A DNA stretch of 64,000 bases from Brevundimonas sp. (GTDB lineage Bacteria; Pseudomonadota; Alphaproteobacteria; Caulobacterales; Caulobacteraceae). This document shows positions 18,917-28,850 of the stretch, one piece after another (the first letter of the stretch is position 1; each line of letters begins with the position of its first letter). The notes below the pieces were generated by a model. It worked only from the letters and a program-made list of their open reading frames with translations. It made no database searches and was not told the origin of the DNA. The position numbers and the translations under genes were made by a program. The stretch is from NCBI RefSeq assembly GCF_965278935.1, contig NZ_OZ257124.1, positions 1,831,302-1,895,301 of the forward strand, given 5' to 3'.

Positions 18917-19648
18917 GTGTCCGACCGCACCCCCGTCACCCTGTCGCCCGAAGAAATCGCCGCCGTCCGCTCGTGGGTCATCCACGAGGACGCCTCGACG
19001 ATCGCCTTCGCAAAGCCCGCAGGCCTTTCCAGCCAGGGCGGCCGCATCCAGGTGCACACCCTGGACGATCTGCTCTGGGCCTTCGCGCGCTCGAACGGCA
19101 AGCGGCCGGATCTCGTGCACCGGCTCGATCGCGACACTTCCGGTGTGATCCTCGCCGCCAAGACCAAACCCGCCGCCGGCTTCCTCGGCAAGGCGATCCA
19201 GGCCCACAAACTGACCAAGACCTATCTGGCCTTGGTCTCGGCCGCGCCCGAACCCGCGAGCGGCGACATCAACCTCCCCCTGGTCCGTCAGGAAATCGGC
19301 CGTGAAAGCTATATGCGCGTCGCCGCCTTCGACGCGAAGGGCGCGCAGGGGTCGCGCAGCAAGTATCGCACCCTGTCGTCGAGCGAGGACGGCGCCCTGG
19401 TCGAGTTGCAACCGTTCACCGGCCGGATGCATCAGTTGCGCGTCCACATGGCCCACGTCGGCCGCCCCCTGGTCGGAGATGTCCGCTATGGCGGCGCCCT
19501 GACGGCGGCGGGTCGAGGCGCGCCCCGACTGATGCTGCACGCTGCATCGCTGAGGTTCCCGCACCCCGACGGCGGCGAACGCACGGTCACCGCAGAACCA
19601 CCTGAAGACTTCCGGACCTTGGCCGAAGCGATGGGGCTGAAAATCTGA
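18917..19648 (+). CDS. RluA-family pseudouridine synthase (no S4 domain)
   Basis: 'KPAGLSSQGG', 'LVHRLDRDTSG' catalytic Asp, 'TGRMHQLRVHMA..G.PLVGD..YG', 'LMLHA'. Confidence 0.93.
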   Translation: MSDRTPVTLSPEEIAAVRSWVIHEDASTIAFAKPAGLSSQGGRIQVHTLDDLLWAFARSNGKRPDLVHRLDRDTSGVILAAKTKPAAGFLGKAIQAHKLTKTYLALVSAAPEPASGDINLPLVRQEIGRESYMRVAAFDAKGAQGSRSKYRTLSSSEDGALVELQPFTGRMHQLRVHMAHVGRPLVGDVRYGGALTAAGRGAPRLMLHAASLRFPHPDGGERTVTAEPPEDFRTLAEAMGLKI

Positions 19649-19650
19649 AC

Positions 19651-19673
19651 CCTTCTCCCGCAAGGGGAGAAGG
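19651..19673. repeat. Short REP/terminator-like hairpin
   Basis: CCTTCTCCC-GCAAG-GGGAGAAGG, immediately after the RluA-family stop. Confidence 0.55.
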
Positions 19674-19924
19674 AAGCCAAGCGGTACCCATCAACGGACG
19701 CGTCGATTTGCTCAATCAAATCAAGGCTCGGCCCTGACGAGAGCTCTTTTACCCATCACACCCTGAAACGCCCCCATACTGATCCCTTTCGTGCGGAGAG
19801 GATCACCATGGGCGTTTTCGGGTTCGGCCAACCGGACTCTGTGGACTATCTGGACTCGAATTTCCGGAGTCTCGTTCGTCGGGAACGCCTCTACCGCCCG
19901 CAGCGCTTAGCTGGAGAAAGGACT

Positions 19925-20431
19925 ATGCCCATGATCCGCACCCTCGTCATCGCCACGGCCGCCCTCAGCCTCGCCGCCTGCGCCAGCCTAGCCCCCTACG
20001 GACCCCAGCGCGGGCCGAACGGGCAGGGATACTCGGAACAGCGGATCGAGAGCGACCGCTACCGGGTCAGCTACAACGGCGTCGGCGCGCCCGGTCCGGT
20101 CGCCGACATGGCCCTGCTGCGCGCCGCCGACCTGACCATCGAACAGGGCTATGACTGGTTCGAGGTGACCCAGCGCTATGTCGACGGCCGCCCCGACAGC
20201 GCCGGCGGCTTCCGGCCCAGCGTCTCGGTCGGCTATGGCGGCGGTTCGGGCCGTTACGGCGGTTACCGCTATTCGTCGTCCGGCGTGGGCGTCGGCGTGG
20301 GTCTGAATTTCGAAGGCCCGTCCGCGACCTCGACCGTGCTGGAAATCAGACTCGGTCGCGGCGCTCGCCCGGACCGGGGCGAGGCCTATGAAGCGCGGGA
20401 GGTGCGCTACTCGCTCAGCGGCCGCGAGTGA
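19925..20431 (+). CDS. Lipoprotein (CC0125/CC1285-like family)
   Basis: GGAG RBS; lipobox 'LSLAAC'; 'GYSEQRIESDRYRVSY.G...DMALLRAADLTIEQGYDWF'. Confidence 0.8.
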   Translation: MPMIRTLVIATAALSLAACASLAPYGPQRGPNGQGYSEQRIESDRYRVSYNGVGAPGPVADMALLRAADLTIEQGYDWFEVTQRYVDGRPDSAGGFRPSVSVGYGGGSGRYGGYRYSSSGVGVGVGLNFEGPSATSTVLEIRLGRGARPDRGEAYEAREVRYSLSGRE

Positions 20432-21578
20432 GGGCGCGGTATTCGACGAGGCGCTCCTTGTCGCGCCGGACCTGGTCGCCGATCGTGTTGTCGACGTCCA
20501 GCGAGGCGTAACGGACCCAGCCGTCGACGCCGAGCTTGTCCTTCACCGCCGCCGTCGGCGTCTGCCAGTTGAAGTAGGAGAGCCAGGAGACCAGCAGCCC
20601 CATCGCCAGTGCGACCAGTTGCAGGATCCGGAAGCCGACCTCGTTGGCGGCGGGGGCGGGCCAGAAGGCGAAGACGGCAAGCCAGACCAGCAGCACGAAC
20701 GGCGTCGTGATCCGCCCGACCCAACGCATCCAGTAGCGTTCCCGGCGGGTCCGCCACAGGGTCATCTGGGCGAATTTCTCAAGATATTCCATGCGTGCGC
20801 CGATCCACATGACAAGGCGCGTGAGGAACAGGGCACGCTGGCCCCAGCCCTTGCCGTCGGTGGCGAACTGGGTCTCGGCCTGATCGGACAGCGCCCGCGC
20901 GTTGGTGAACAGGTTCTGCAGCTCCCGGGTCCGCTGAACCACCTCGCGGGACAGTTCGTAGGAATCGTTCTCCAGCCGGAACCGGTACTGGACGAACAGG
21001 ATGGAGGAGACGCCGAAGAAGATGCCGACCGTGATCAGCATGCCCAGAACCGCCAGGCCCAGCCCCTGCGGTTGACCGCCGGTCCATTCGGCGAAGAGGC
21101 CTGGCCCGAGGATCGCCATCGCCGCAAAGGCGACCAGCGACAGCCCCTGGGTCAGACGCTTGGTGATCACATGCACCCGCAAGGCATTGAAAACGCGACG
21201 GCCATATCCGTAAATCCGGCCGCGAATGTCGGCGTCGGCGGGGAAGCGTTCCTCGATCTGGCGATTGAACAGGACGTGGAACCGGTCCGGCTTGTTCTCG
21301 GTCTCCCAGAACGGAAAGATATCCAGCGGCTGGTTGAAATACTGGTCGATATTGGCCGAGATCACCGCGATCGCGGCGGGATCCAGTGTGAAATAGTCGC
21401 TTTCCTGAATGGGTCTCAGGATTCCGTCGTCCGAGATCGTCGGGTTCGGCTGGGGCGGCGGCGTGGCGGGCGGAGCGGTGCGCGGAATGGTGTCGGCGGG
21501 CGCAGCGAGGGGCGCTTCCGGCAAGTGCGGGATCGGCTCCACTGTCGGATGCGGCGCGTTATGATCGTCGTGCGACAT
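20415..21578 (-). CDS. Hypothetical membrane protein (Pro-rich N-terminus, two TM hairpins)
   Basis: 387-aa ORF filling the gap, four hydrophobic segments, no recognisable family motif. Confidence 0.75.
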   Translation of the reverse strand: MSHDDHNAPHPTVEPIPHLPEAPLAAPADTIPRTAPPATPPPQPNPTISDDGILRPIQESDYFTLDPAAIAVISANIDQYFNQPLDIFPFWETENKPDRFHVLFNRQIEERFPADADIRGRIYGYGRRVFNALRVHVITKRLTQGLSLVAFAAMAILGPGLFAEWTGGQPQGLGLAVLGMLITVGIFFGVSSILFVQYRFRLENDSYELSREVVQRTRELQNLFTNARALSDQAETQFATDGKGWGQRALFLTRLVMWIGARMEYLEKFAQMTLWRTRRERYWMRWVGRITTPFVLLVWLAVFAFWPAPAANEVGFRILQLVALAMGLLVSWLSYFNWQTPTAAVKDKLGVDGWVRYASLDVDNTIGDQVRRDKERLVEYRALTRGR

Positions 21579-21751
21579 GACGGACGGTGTGACCCTTGCG
21601 AACTACGGCGCGACTTTGATGCCAACGACAGCGCGGGGCGAGAGGCTTCCCTCCCAACGCGAAGCTTGGGTATCGCCGTTAACCCTGTAACGCGGCAAGT
21701 GAAGTTTCGGTCAGGTGACGCGAGGCTGCGTCGCGCTATAAGGCCCCGATT

Positions 21752-22147
21752 ATGACAAGACTTCTTCTGGTCGCCCTCGGCGGAGCGCTGGGCTCCATGG
21801 CGCGCTACGGCGTGGGACTGGGCGCCGCTCGCCTGTTTCCCGCGTCTAGCTGGCCTTGGGGCACGCTGACGGTCAATGTCGTCGGCGGTCTGGCCATGGG
21901 CCTGCTGGTCGGCTGGATGGGCCTCAGGGCCGGGGCAGGGCAGGAGGCGGCGCGCGTCTTCGCCGCCGTGGGCGTGCTCGGCGGCTTCACCACCTTCTCG
22001 GCCTTCTCGCTCGAGACGGCTCTGATGATCGAGCGGCGTGAATACGGTCTGGCGGGCGCCTATGTCCTGCTGTCGGTGGTGCTGGCCGTCGCGGCCCTGA
22101 TGGCCGGACTGATGCTGGCCCGCCGCGAATTCGGAGACGCCTTGTGA
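21752..22147 (+). CDS. crcB: Fluoride channel CrcB/Fluc
   Basis: 'GGALGSMARY', 'PWGTLTVNVVG', 'GVLGGFTTFSAFSLE'. Confidence 0.96.
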   Translation: MTRLLLVALGGALGSMARYGVGLGAARLFPASSWPWGTLTVNVVGGLAMGLLVGWMGLRAGAGQEAARVFAAVGVLGGFTTFSAFSLETALMIERREYGLAGAYVLLSVVLAVAALMAGLMLARREFGDAL

Positions 22148-23196
22148 GCTATGACCCCAACGACACCGCGCCCGAGGCCCCTGCGCCCAAGGGCCCGGTC
22201 GGCGCCCGCGAGGCCCAGATCCTCTATGTCGCCGAGGCCGAGGACGGCATCCGGCTGGATCGCTGGTTCCGCCGACGCTGGCCGCATCTGTCCAACATCC
22301 AGGTTCAGAAGATGGCGCGCGGCGGCCAGATCCGCGTCGACGGCGCCCGCATCAAGCCCGAAGGCCGACTGACCGCCGGCGCCGCCGTGCGCGTGCCGCC
22401 GATCCCCGAGCCGATCGTCCGGGCGCCCGGCGAGCATATGGCGCTTACCCCCGCCGACATCACCTTCGCCAAGTCGATGGTCATTTATGAGGACGACCTG
22501 GTCATCGCCCTGAACAAGCCTTGGGGTCTCGCGGTCCAGGGCGGGACCAAGACGACGCGCCACGTCGATCGGCTGCTGTCGGCCTGGGGCGAGGGCATGG
22601 ACCGGCCGCGTCTGGTGCACCGGCTGGACCGCGACACCTCGGGCGTTCTGCTGCTTGGAAAGGGACCCGAGGCGGCCAAGCGACTGGCGGGCGCCTTCGC
22701 ACGGCGTCAGGCCAAGAAGACCTACTGGGCCATCGTCATGGGGATGCCCAAGCCGAACGCGGGCCAGATCGACCTGCATCTGAAGAAGTCCGGCATCAAC
22801 GACTACGAGATCATGCGCCCGGCCGAGCCCAAGGAGAACGGCGCCGAGCCTGCCGAGACCGCTTTCGCCCTCATCAGTCATGCGGGCCAGCGGGCCTCGT
22901 GGATGGCGCTGCGGCCCTTCACCGGGCGGACGCACCAGTTGCGGGCCCACATGAAGGCAATCGGCCACCCCATTCTGGGAGATCCCAAATACGGCGACGA
23001 GAAATCCACCGAACTCAGCGGCCCGCTGAAGCTGCAACTGCATGCGCGGCGGATCGAGCTGGATCACCCGTCCGGCGGCAAGCTGATCGTCGAGGCGCCG
23101 ATCAGCGCCGAACTGCGCGCCGGATTCCAGCATTTCGGCTTCGACGAGAGCGAGGCCGACTACGACCCCTTCGAGGGCGTGAAGCGTCAGCGATGA
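22144..23196 (+). CDS. rluC: RluC-like 23S rRNA pseudouridine synthase (S4 domain)
   Basis: S4 'RLDRWFRRRWP..QKMARGGQIRVDG', 'LVHRLDRDTSG', 'TGRTHQLRAHM'. Confidence 0.88.
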   Translation: MSYDPNDTAPEAPAPKGPVGAREAQILYVAEAEDGIRLDRWFRRRWPHLSNIQVQKMARGGQIRVDGARIKPEGRLTAGAAVRVPPIPEPIVRAPGEHMALTPADITFAKSMVIYEDDLVIALNKPWGLAVQGGTKTTRHVDRLLSAWGEGMDRPRLVHRLDRDTSGVLLLGKGPEAAKRLAGAFARRQAKKTYWAIVMGMPKPNAGQIDLHLKKSGINDYEIMRPAEPKENGAEPAETAFALISHAGQRASWMALRPFTGRTHQLRAHMKAIGHPILGDPKYGDEKSTELSGPLKLQLHARRIELDHPSGGKLIVEAPISAELRAGFQHFGFDESEADYDPFEGVKRQR

Positions 23197-23867
23197 CCCG
23201 GCCGCTCGCAGTCTTCGACATCGACGGCACCCTCGTCGACAGCCGCGCCTCCATCCTTCAGGCGGCGACGGATGCCGCGCGCGAGCTGGGTCTGCCCGAC
23301 CCCGAGTATGATCGGGTGCGTCAGATCGTAGGTCTTAGCCTTCCGCACGCCCTGGCGGTGCTGGAGCCGGGCCTGACGCCGGAGGAACTGGAGCGGTTCA
23401 CCGAGGGGTTCCGGGCGAGCTTCAACCGGCTCTACGCCTCCGGTCACGAGGAGCCGCTGTATCCGGGCGCCATGGAGACCCTGCGCCGCCTGCATAAAGA
23501 CGGCTGGCGGCTGTCGCTGGCGACGGGTCAGAACCGGCGCGGCGTGGCGCGGAACCTGGCGCGGGCAGGGTGGGCGGAGATCTTCGTCTCGTCCCACTGC
23601 GCCGAGGACGGGCCGGGCAAGCCGGATCCGGCCATGCTGCATGCGGCGATGACGGCTTGTGGCGCGGACGCGGCCTCGACAGTCATGATCGGCGACACGG
23701 CGCACGATATCTCGATGGCCGTCGCGGCCGGGGTCCTGCCTCAGGGCGTGGCCTGGGGCTTTCATACGCCTCAGGAACAGTTCGCCGCCGGCGCCCTTCA
23801 TGTCGCCACCGACTTCGACGATCTCGAAGCCGCTTTGGACCGATTTGCCGCACGAGCCTTCGCATGA
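23193..23867 (+). CDS. HAD-IA family hydrolase (Gph-like)
   Basis: 'VFDIDGTLVDS', 'GKPDP', 'MIGDTAHDISMA'; ATG 23193 overlaps the rluC stop. Confidence 0.92.
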   Translation: MTRPLAVFDIDGTLVDSRASILQAATDAARELGLPDPEYDRVRQIVGLSLPHALAVLEPGLTPEELERFTEGFRASFNRLYASGHEEPLYPGAMETLRRLHKDGWRLSLATGQNRRGVARNLARAGWAEIFVSSHCAEDGPGKPDPAMLHAAMTACGADAASTVMIGDTAHDISMAVAAGVLPQGVAWGFHTPQEQFAAGALHVATDFDDLEAALDRFAARAFA

Positions 23868-24628
23868 GCCATATCCCGCCGCTCGACCCCATGGTCGCCG
23901 CCAAAAAAGGATTCCGCGAATCCGAGGAGCGGCTGAAGCGCTTCTGGAAGGAGGCTTCCGCAGCCGCGGAAGAGGCGGGCGGCTGGGTCGTTCTGCTTGA
24001 CGGGCGCGCGCCCAAGACGCCGGCACACAACCGCTTCCTGCTGCCGACCGAGGCCGCCGCGCGGATGGTCGCCGACGAGTGGGGCGCGCAGGGGGAGTTC
24101 ATCGAGCCGGGGACCATGCCGGCGACGCGGATCGCGGCCACGGCCATCGACCGGGTCGCCGTCACGCGCGAGCCGGTGGCCGAGGAGATCGCCGCCTATG
24201 TCGGGTCGGACCTGCTCTGCTACCTCGCCGAACACCCGACGCCGCTGGTGGCGGAACAGGCGAAGGCCTGGGCGCCGTGGCGCGAGTGGGCGGAGCGCGA
24301 ACTGGGCGTCGTGGTCCAGCCGACCTCGGGGATCGTCCATGTCGAGCAGCCGCCGGAGAGCATCGCCACCGTGCGGGAGCTGGCGCTGGAACTCGACGAC
24401 TTCCGCCTGACCGCCCTGGCCATGGCTGTGCCGCTGCTGGGGAGCGCGATCCTCGGACTGGCGATGCAGCGCAGGGCGCTGTCGGGGGAGGATGCCTTCG
24501 AAATCAGCCGGATCGACGAAGCCTTCCAGGAGCGTCAGTGGGGCGTCGATGCCGAGGCCGGGGAACGGACCGCCGCACGCCGGGCGGAGGCGGTGCTGAT
24601 CGACCGCTGGTTCCGCGCTCTCGGCTGA
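23864..24628 (+). CDS. ATP12-family chaperone
   Basis: 'KRFWKEA', 'LDGRAPKTP', 'EWGAQ...MPATRIA.TAID', 'EAFQERQWGVD.EA'. Confidence 0.92.
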   Translation: MSHIPPLDPMVAAKKGFRESEERLKRFWKEASAAAEEAGGWVVLLDGRAPKTPAHNRFLLPTEAAARMVADEWGAQGEFIEPGTMPATRIAATAIDRVAVTREPVAEEIAAYVGSDLLCYLAEHPTPLVAEQAKAWAPWREWAERELGVVVQPTSGIVHVEQPPESIATVRELALELDDFRLTALAMAVPLLGSAILGLAMQRRALSGEDAFEISRIDEAFQERQWGVDAEAGERTAARRAEAVLIDRWFRALG

Positions 24629-24673
24629 GGAAGTGACTAGACTTGGGCCTTCGCCTGAGTGATTCGACCGCCC

Positions 24674-26875
24674 ATGACCATCCACACCCCTCCGCCCGAA
24701 GGCGGCCGCATCGTCGACGAGCCGATGGGCGACGCCCTGTCGCGGCGTTATCTGGCCTACGCCCTGTCGACGATCACCAATCGGGCGCTGCCGGACGTGC
24801 GCGACGGGTTCAAGCCTGTGCACCGGCGGATCATGTACGCCATGCACCAGATGCGGCTGAACCCGCAGGCGGCGGCGCGGAAGTGCGCCAAGGTCGTCGG
24901 CGAAGTGATGGGCACCTATCACCCGCACGGCGACGCCTCTATCTACGACGCCCTGGTCCGCCTGGCCCAAGACTTCGCCCAGCGCTATCCGCTGGTCGAC
25001 GGACAGGGGAACTTCGGCAATATCGACGGCGATAACGCCGCGGCCATGCGCTACACCGAGTGCAAGCTGACGGCGGCGGCGGTGTTGCTGATGGACGGAA
25101 TCGATCAGGATTGCGTGGACTTCCGGCCCACCTATGACGATCAGGACGAGGAGCCGATCGTCCTGCCGGCCGGGTTCCCGAACCTTTTGGCCAACGGATC
25201 GTCGGGCATCGCCGTGGGCATGGCGACCTCGATCCCGCCGCACAACGTGGGGGAACTGATCGACGCCTGTCTCCTGCTGCTGGAGAAGCCCGAGGCGACG
25301 ACCTCAGAGCTGGCCGAGATCGTGCCGGGGCCGGACTTCCCGACCGGGGGCGTGGCGGTCGAGGGGCACGCCTCGATCCTGGAGGCCTATGAGACGGGGC
25401 GGGGCGGGGTCCGTCTGCGGGCACGCTGGGAGCGGGAGCCGCTGGAGCGGGGCGGCTATCAGATCGTCATCACCGAGGTCCCGTATCAGGTCCAGAAGGG
25501 CAAGCTGATCGAAGCCTTGGCCGAGCTGATCGAGCAGAAGAAGGCTCCGCTGCTGGGCGACGTGCGCGACGAGTCGGCCGAGGACATCCGCGTCGTCATC
25601 GAGCCCAAGAGCCGCAACATCGACGCCGACAGCCTGATGGAGAGCCTGTTCCGGTTGTCGGATCTGGAAATCCGCTTCCCGGTCAACATGAACGTGCTGG
25701 ACGCGACAGGCACGCCTCGGGTGATGGGGCTGAAGGCCTGTCTGCAGGCCTTCCTCGATCACCGGCGCGAGGTGCTGAACCGGCGGTCGCAATGGCGGAT
25801 CGAACGGGTCGAGAAGCGGCTGCACCTGCTGGAGGGGCTCAGGATCGTCTTCCTGAACCTCGACGAGGTCATCCGCATCGTTCGCGAGGAGGAGACGCCC
25901 AAGGCCGTGCTGATCGCGCGGTTCGGCCTGACCGAAGTCCAGGCCGATTACATTCTCGACACCCGTCTGCGTCAGCTGGCGCGAATCGAGGAGATGGCGA
26001 TCGAGAATGAATACAAGGCGCTGGCTGAGGAACTTGCGAACCTGCAGGCGCTGTCGTCCTCGCCCGCCAAACAGTGGAAGAAGATCGGCCAGGAACTGGC
26101 GGCGACGCGCAAGGCCCTGGTCTCGCCGCGGCGTACGACGATCGCCGAGGCGGTGGACGCCTCCGCCTTCGTGCCCGCCGAGGCCTTCATTCCGCGCGAG
26201 GCGATCACCGTGATCCTGTCCGAGCGCGGCTGGATCCGGGCGGTGAAGGGCAAGGTCGAGGACCCGTCGGAGCTGAAATTCAAGGAGGGCGACTCGCTCG
26301 GCTTCCTCGTGCCGGCCTTCACGACCGACAAGCTGCTGGTGGCTGCGTCCGATGGGCGTGTCTTCACGGTAGGGGCTGACAAGCTGGCCTCCGGACGCGG
26401 GCACGGCGAGCCGCTGAGGCTGATGATCGACCTGGAGGAGAGCGCGGGGATCGTCGCGGTTCTGGCGCATCAGCCGGGGTCGAAGCTGCTGATGGCGTCG
26501 AAGGCCGGCTACGGCTTCATCGCCCCGGAGGATGAGCTGCTGGCCCAGAAGCGGGGCGGAAAACAGGTCCTGAACGGCGACCTGCTGGCCGTGATCCGGA
26601 TCACAGGCGATCACATCGTGACCATCGGCGAGAACCTGAAGACCCTGATCTTCCGCGCCGAGGAACTGCCCGAGATGGGCCGCGGCAAGGGGGTGAAGCT
26701 GCAGTCGTTCAAACAGGGCGGACTGACTGACATCGCGGTCTTCATCGGCGAGGCCGGACCGGAGTGGGTCGACGGCGGCGGGCGTCGCCGGAACTGGCCG
26801 GACTGGAAGGACTGGCTGGGCAAGCGCGCCGGGGCCGGCCGGATGGGGCCGCGAGGCCTGAGGAAGTTCCGGTGA
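24674..26875 (+). CDS. parC: DNA topoisomerase IV subunit A
   Basis: '[16 protein letters not shown]', '[18 protein letters not shown]', 'AAMRYTE' catalytic Tyr; C-terminal beta-pinwheel '[10 protein letters not shown]'. Confidence 0.96.
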   Translation: MTIHTPPPEGGRIVDEPMGDALSRRYLAYALSTITNRALPDVRDGFKPVHRRIMYAMHQMRLNPQAAARKCAKVVGEVMGTYHPHGDASIYDALVRLAQDFAQRYPLVDGQGNFGNIDGDNAAAMRYTECKLTAAAVLLMDGIDQDCVDFRPTYDDQDEEPIVLPAGFPNLLANGSSGIAVGMATSIPPHNVGELIDACLLLLEKPEATTSELAEIVPGPDFPTGGVAVEGHASILEAYETGRGGVRLRARWEREPLERGGYQIVITEVPYQVQKGKLIEALAELIEQKKAPLLGDVRDESAEDIRVVIEPKSRNIDADSLMESLFRLSDLEIRFPVNMNVLDATGTPRVMGLKACLQAFLDHRREVLNRRSQWRIERVEKRLHLLEGLRIVFLNLDEVIRIVREEETPKAVLIARFGLTEVQADYILDTRLRQLARIEEMAIENEYKALAEELANLQALSSSPAKQWKKIGQELAATRKALVSPRRTTIAEAVDASAFVPAEAFIPREAITVILSERGWIRAVKGKVEDPSELKFKEGDSLGFLVPAFTTDKLLVAASDGRVFTVGADKLASGRGHGEPLRLMIDLEESAGIVAVLAHQPGSKLLMASKAGYGFIAPEDELLAQKRGGKQVLNGDLLAVIRITGDHIVTIGENLKTLIFRAEELPEMGRGKGVKLQSFKQGGLTDIAVFIGEAGPEWVDGGGRRRNWPDWKDWLGKRAGAGRMGPRGLRKFR

Positions 26876-27222
26876 CTCCGACCCTCTACGGCATCCCCAA
26901 CTGCGACACGGTCAAAAAGGCGCGGGTCTGGCTGGACCAGCACGGCCGGGCCTTCGCCTTCCACGACTACAAGAAGGCGGGGATCGACCGGGCCTCGCTG
27001 GAGGGCTGGGTCGCCGAGCATGGCTGGGAGATCGTGCTCAACAGGAACGGCACGACGTTCAAGGCGCTGGATGCGGCGAACAAGGCGGACCTGAACGCCG
27101 ACAAGGCCATCGCTCTGATGCTGGCCCACCCATCGATGATCAAGCGGCCGGTGCTGGACCTGCGCGACCGGACGATCGTCGGATTCAAGCCGGAGATCTA
27201 TGAGGCGACGTTCGCGGGCTGA
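26872..27222 (+). CDS. ArsC/Spx/MgsR (YffB-like) family protein
   Basis: 'LYGIPNCDTVKKARVWL', 'FHDYKK', 'PSMIKRPVL'; GTG overlaps the parC stop. Confidence 0.92.
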   Translation: MTPTLYGIPNCDTVKKARVWLDQHGRAFAFHDYKKAGIDRASLEGWVAEHGWEIVLNRNGTTFKALDAANKADLNADKAIALMLAHPSMIKRPVLDLRDRTIVGFKPEIYEATFAG

Positions 27223-27223
27223 G

Positions 27224-27281
27224 CTTCGTCCGTTTCGTCATGACGAGCGCAACGTGACGAAACGCGACGAAACGGACGAAG
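27224..27281. repeat. Perfect 16-bp inverted repeat with nested palindrome and GACGAA(AC) direct repeats
   Basis: CTTCGTCCGTTTCGTC (27224-27239) and GACGAAACGGACGAAG (27266-27281); TCGTCATGACGA palindrome at 27235-27246; extra GACGAAAC at 27256-27263. Confidence 0.85.
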
Positions 27282-27512
27282 TCGGAAAAATCACCAACGA
27301 AGTCAGCGATGGCGTCCTGGCGTGCCGATCAGATTCGGACGAACGGCGTCGAGGCATGTTGACGTGTCAAAGACCTGATCGATGACATGGTGCGGTGGTG
27401 TCGCTACCGCAAGGGAGATTTAGGAAATAAATCCTGAATCCGCAGCTCCGCCCATCCCCGCCCTGGCCCGTTTGCGCCGCTCTTCAGGTGGGGAATGAGC
27501 GAAAGACAGTGA

Positions 27513-27752
27513 TCAGCCCTCGACGTCGGTTTCCGGGCGGTCGTGGCCGTCGGCGCGTTCGGTGACCCAGTCGCCGTTGATGTCGGCGTACTCGATCATC
27601 GCATTGTCGTCCGACACCTTCTGCTCGCGCGCGGCGCGGACGGCGGCGGCCTTGGCGGCGTCGTGGTCGGGGAAGGTCTCGGAGAAGGTGTCGCCGACCT
27701 TGTAGGCCCAGCCGCCGTCGTGTTCGACGATGCGATAGGTGACGTGGCTCAT
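27513..27752 (-). CDS. DUF2188-like small protein
   Basis: 'YRIVEHDGGWAYKV...SETFPDHDAAKAAA..AA.EQ'; GGAG RBS upstream. Confidence 0.8.
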   Translation of the reverse strand: MSHVTYRIVEHDGGWAYKVGDTFSETFPDHDAAKAAAVRAAREQKVSDDNAMIEYADINGDWVTERADGHDRPETDVEG

Positions 27753-27804
27753 GGCGGTTCTCCGGTTGGACCTTGGACCTCAATGACATTTTCTTCGCCG
27801 CCGT

Positions 27805-27832
27805 GCATCCATTCGTGGAGGCGGCGCCGACT
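27805..27832 (+). promoter_or_regulatory. Putative ECF-sigma promoter of module 1 (-35 GCATCC, 17 nt, -10 CGACT)
   Basis: GCATCC-attcgtggaggcggcgc-CGACT about 50 nt upstream of the module's first gene; same geometry as the motif before module 2. Confidence 0.5.
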
Positions 27833-27881
27833 ACCCTGTGAAAGCGCGGGCGACGGGCCGGCGCACAGGGGGTGAAGGACG

Positions 27882-28283
27882 ATGGTCGAACTGTTCCAAG
27901 GTTATTGGTGGCTTCTGTTCCCGCTCGGGTGGTTCATCTTCGGCGGCTTCAACGCGATGGTGAACTACTACCGCCAGAAGAACGTGCTGAAGATCATCAA
28001 GACCTATGCCGACCGGGGCGAGCAGCCGCCGGAGAGCCTGCTGAAGATCGTCGAACAGCCGCTCGACGATCGCCACGAGTACACGCCCTCCACGCGGATG
28101 GACGACGGCAACTGGTTCTCCGTCGTGCTGTTCGGGATTATGGCCGTGGGCTTCGGCTACGCCAGCTGGTCGAACATTTACGGGGCGGGGGACGCCTTCC
28201 TGATCGTGGCCTTCGTGATGGGCGCCCTGGCCGCGGCCTCGCTGGTCTCGAGCCTGCTCGGCCGTCGACGCCGCCGGGACTGA
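27882..28283 (+). CDS. DUF6249-like membrane protein (ECF module 1, gene 1)
   Basis: TM, then 'KTYADRGEQPPESLL', then two TM; same layout as 29864..30259 ('AAIEKGQPLPPE'). Confidence 0.7.
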   Translation: MVELFQGYWWLLFPLGWFIFGGFNAMVNYYRQKNVLKIIKTYADRGEQPPESLLKIVEQPLDDRHEYTPSTRMDDGNWFSVVLFGIMAVGFGYASWSNIYGAGDAFLIVAFVMGALAAASLVSSLLGRRRRRD

Positions 28284-28304
28284 TGTCGGTCCGTGGGGGA
28301 CAGG

Positions 28305-28850
28305 ATGATGCAAGGCTCCTTGGGGGATGCCGAGCTGGTTCGCGCGGCGCGCGCCGGCTCGGACGCCGCCTTTGCGCGGCTGGTCGAGCGGCATCAGGCG
28401 CCGGTGCGCGCCTTTCTGAGACGGCTTCTTGGGCGCAACTGGGACGAGGCGGACGACCTGGCTCAGGACGTGTTCGTGACGGCCTGGGCCTCTCTGGGGC
28501 GGCTGAAGAATCCGGCCGGGCTGCGGTCCTGGCTGTTCGGCATCGCCTGGCGCAAGGGGCAGGACCGGATACGGTCGGGGCTGAGGTCGCAGGCGCGCGA
28601 CCGGTCGTGGCTGGACGAGACGGCGCCGTCCGGGGGGATTTCGGAAGAGGACCGGCTGGCGCTGGCCGATGCGATGGCCGGTCTACCGGCCGATCAGAGG
28701 GCCTGCGTCGCCCTGTGTATGGCCGACGGCTGGTCGCATGCGGAAGCGGCCGAGGCGCTGGGCCTGCCGCTGGGGACCGTGAAGTCCCATGTCACGCGGG
28801 GCAGGGCGCGGTTGCTGGCCGTGCTGACGGGAGGTTCCGATGACGCCTGA
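28305..28850 (+). CDS. ECF RNA polymerase sigma factor (module 1)
   Basis: 'DAELVRAARAGSDAAFARLVERHQ', 'ADDLAQDVF', region 4 'SHAEAAEALGLPLGTVKSHVTRG'. Confidence 0.95.
   Translation: MMQGSLGDAELVRAARAGSDAAFARLVERHQAPVRAFLRRLLGRNWDEADDLAQDVFVTAWASLGRLKNPAGLRSWLFGIAWRKGQDRIRSGLRSQARDRSWLDETAPSGGISEEDRLALADAMAGLPADQRACVALCMADGWSHAEAAEALGLPLGTVKSHVTRGRARLLAVLTGGSDDA

Noticed and set aside
19734-19769. CTGACGA...GAAAC, resembling a hammerhead ribozyme core
   Set aside because: The intervening sequence cannot form stem II (no G-C closing pair before GAAA), and stems I and III are not evident.
21579-21751. Possible fluoride riboswitch upstream of crcB
   Set aside because: No GGNGAUGG...CUGAUGAC-type conserved core or pseudoknot pairing is visible.
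27241-27281. TGACGAG...CGAAAC as a hammerhead, or the repeats as a mini-CRISPR
   Set aside because: The core lacks the conserved C and a valid stem II. Repeats are only 6-8 nt with no regular spacers, and there are no cas genes.
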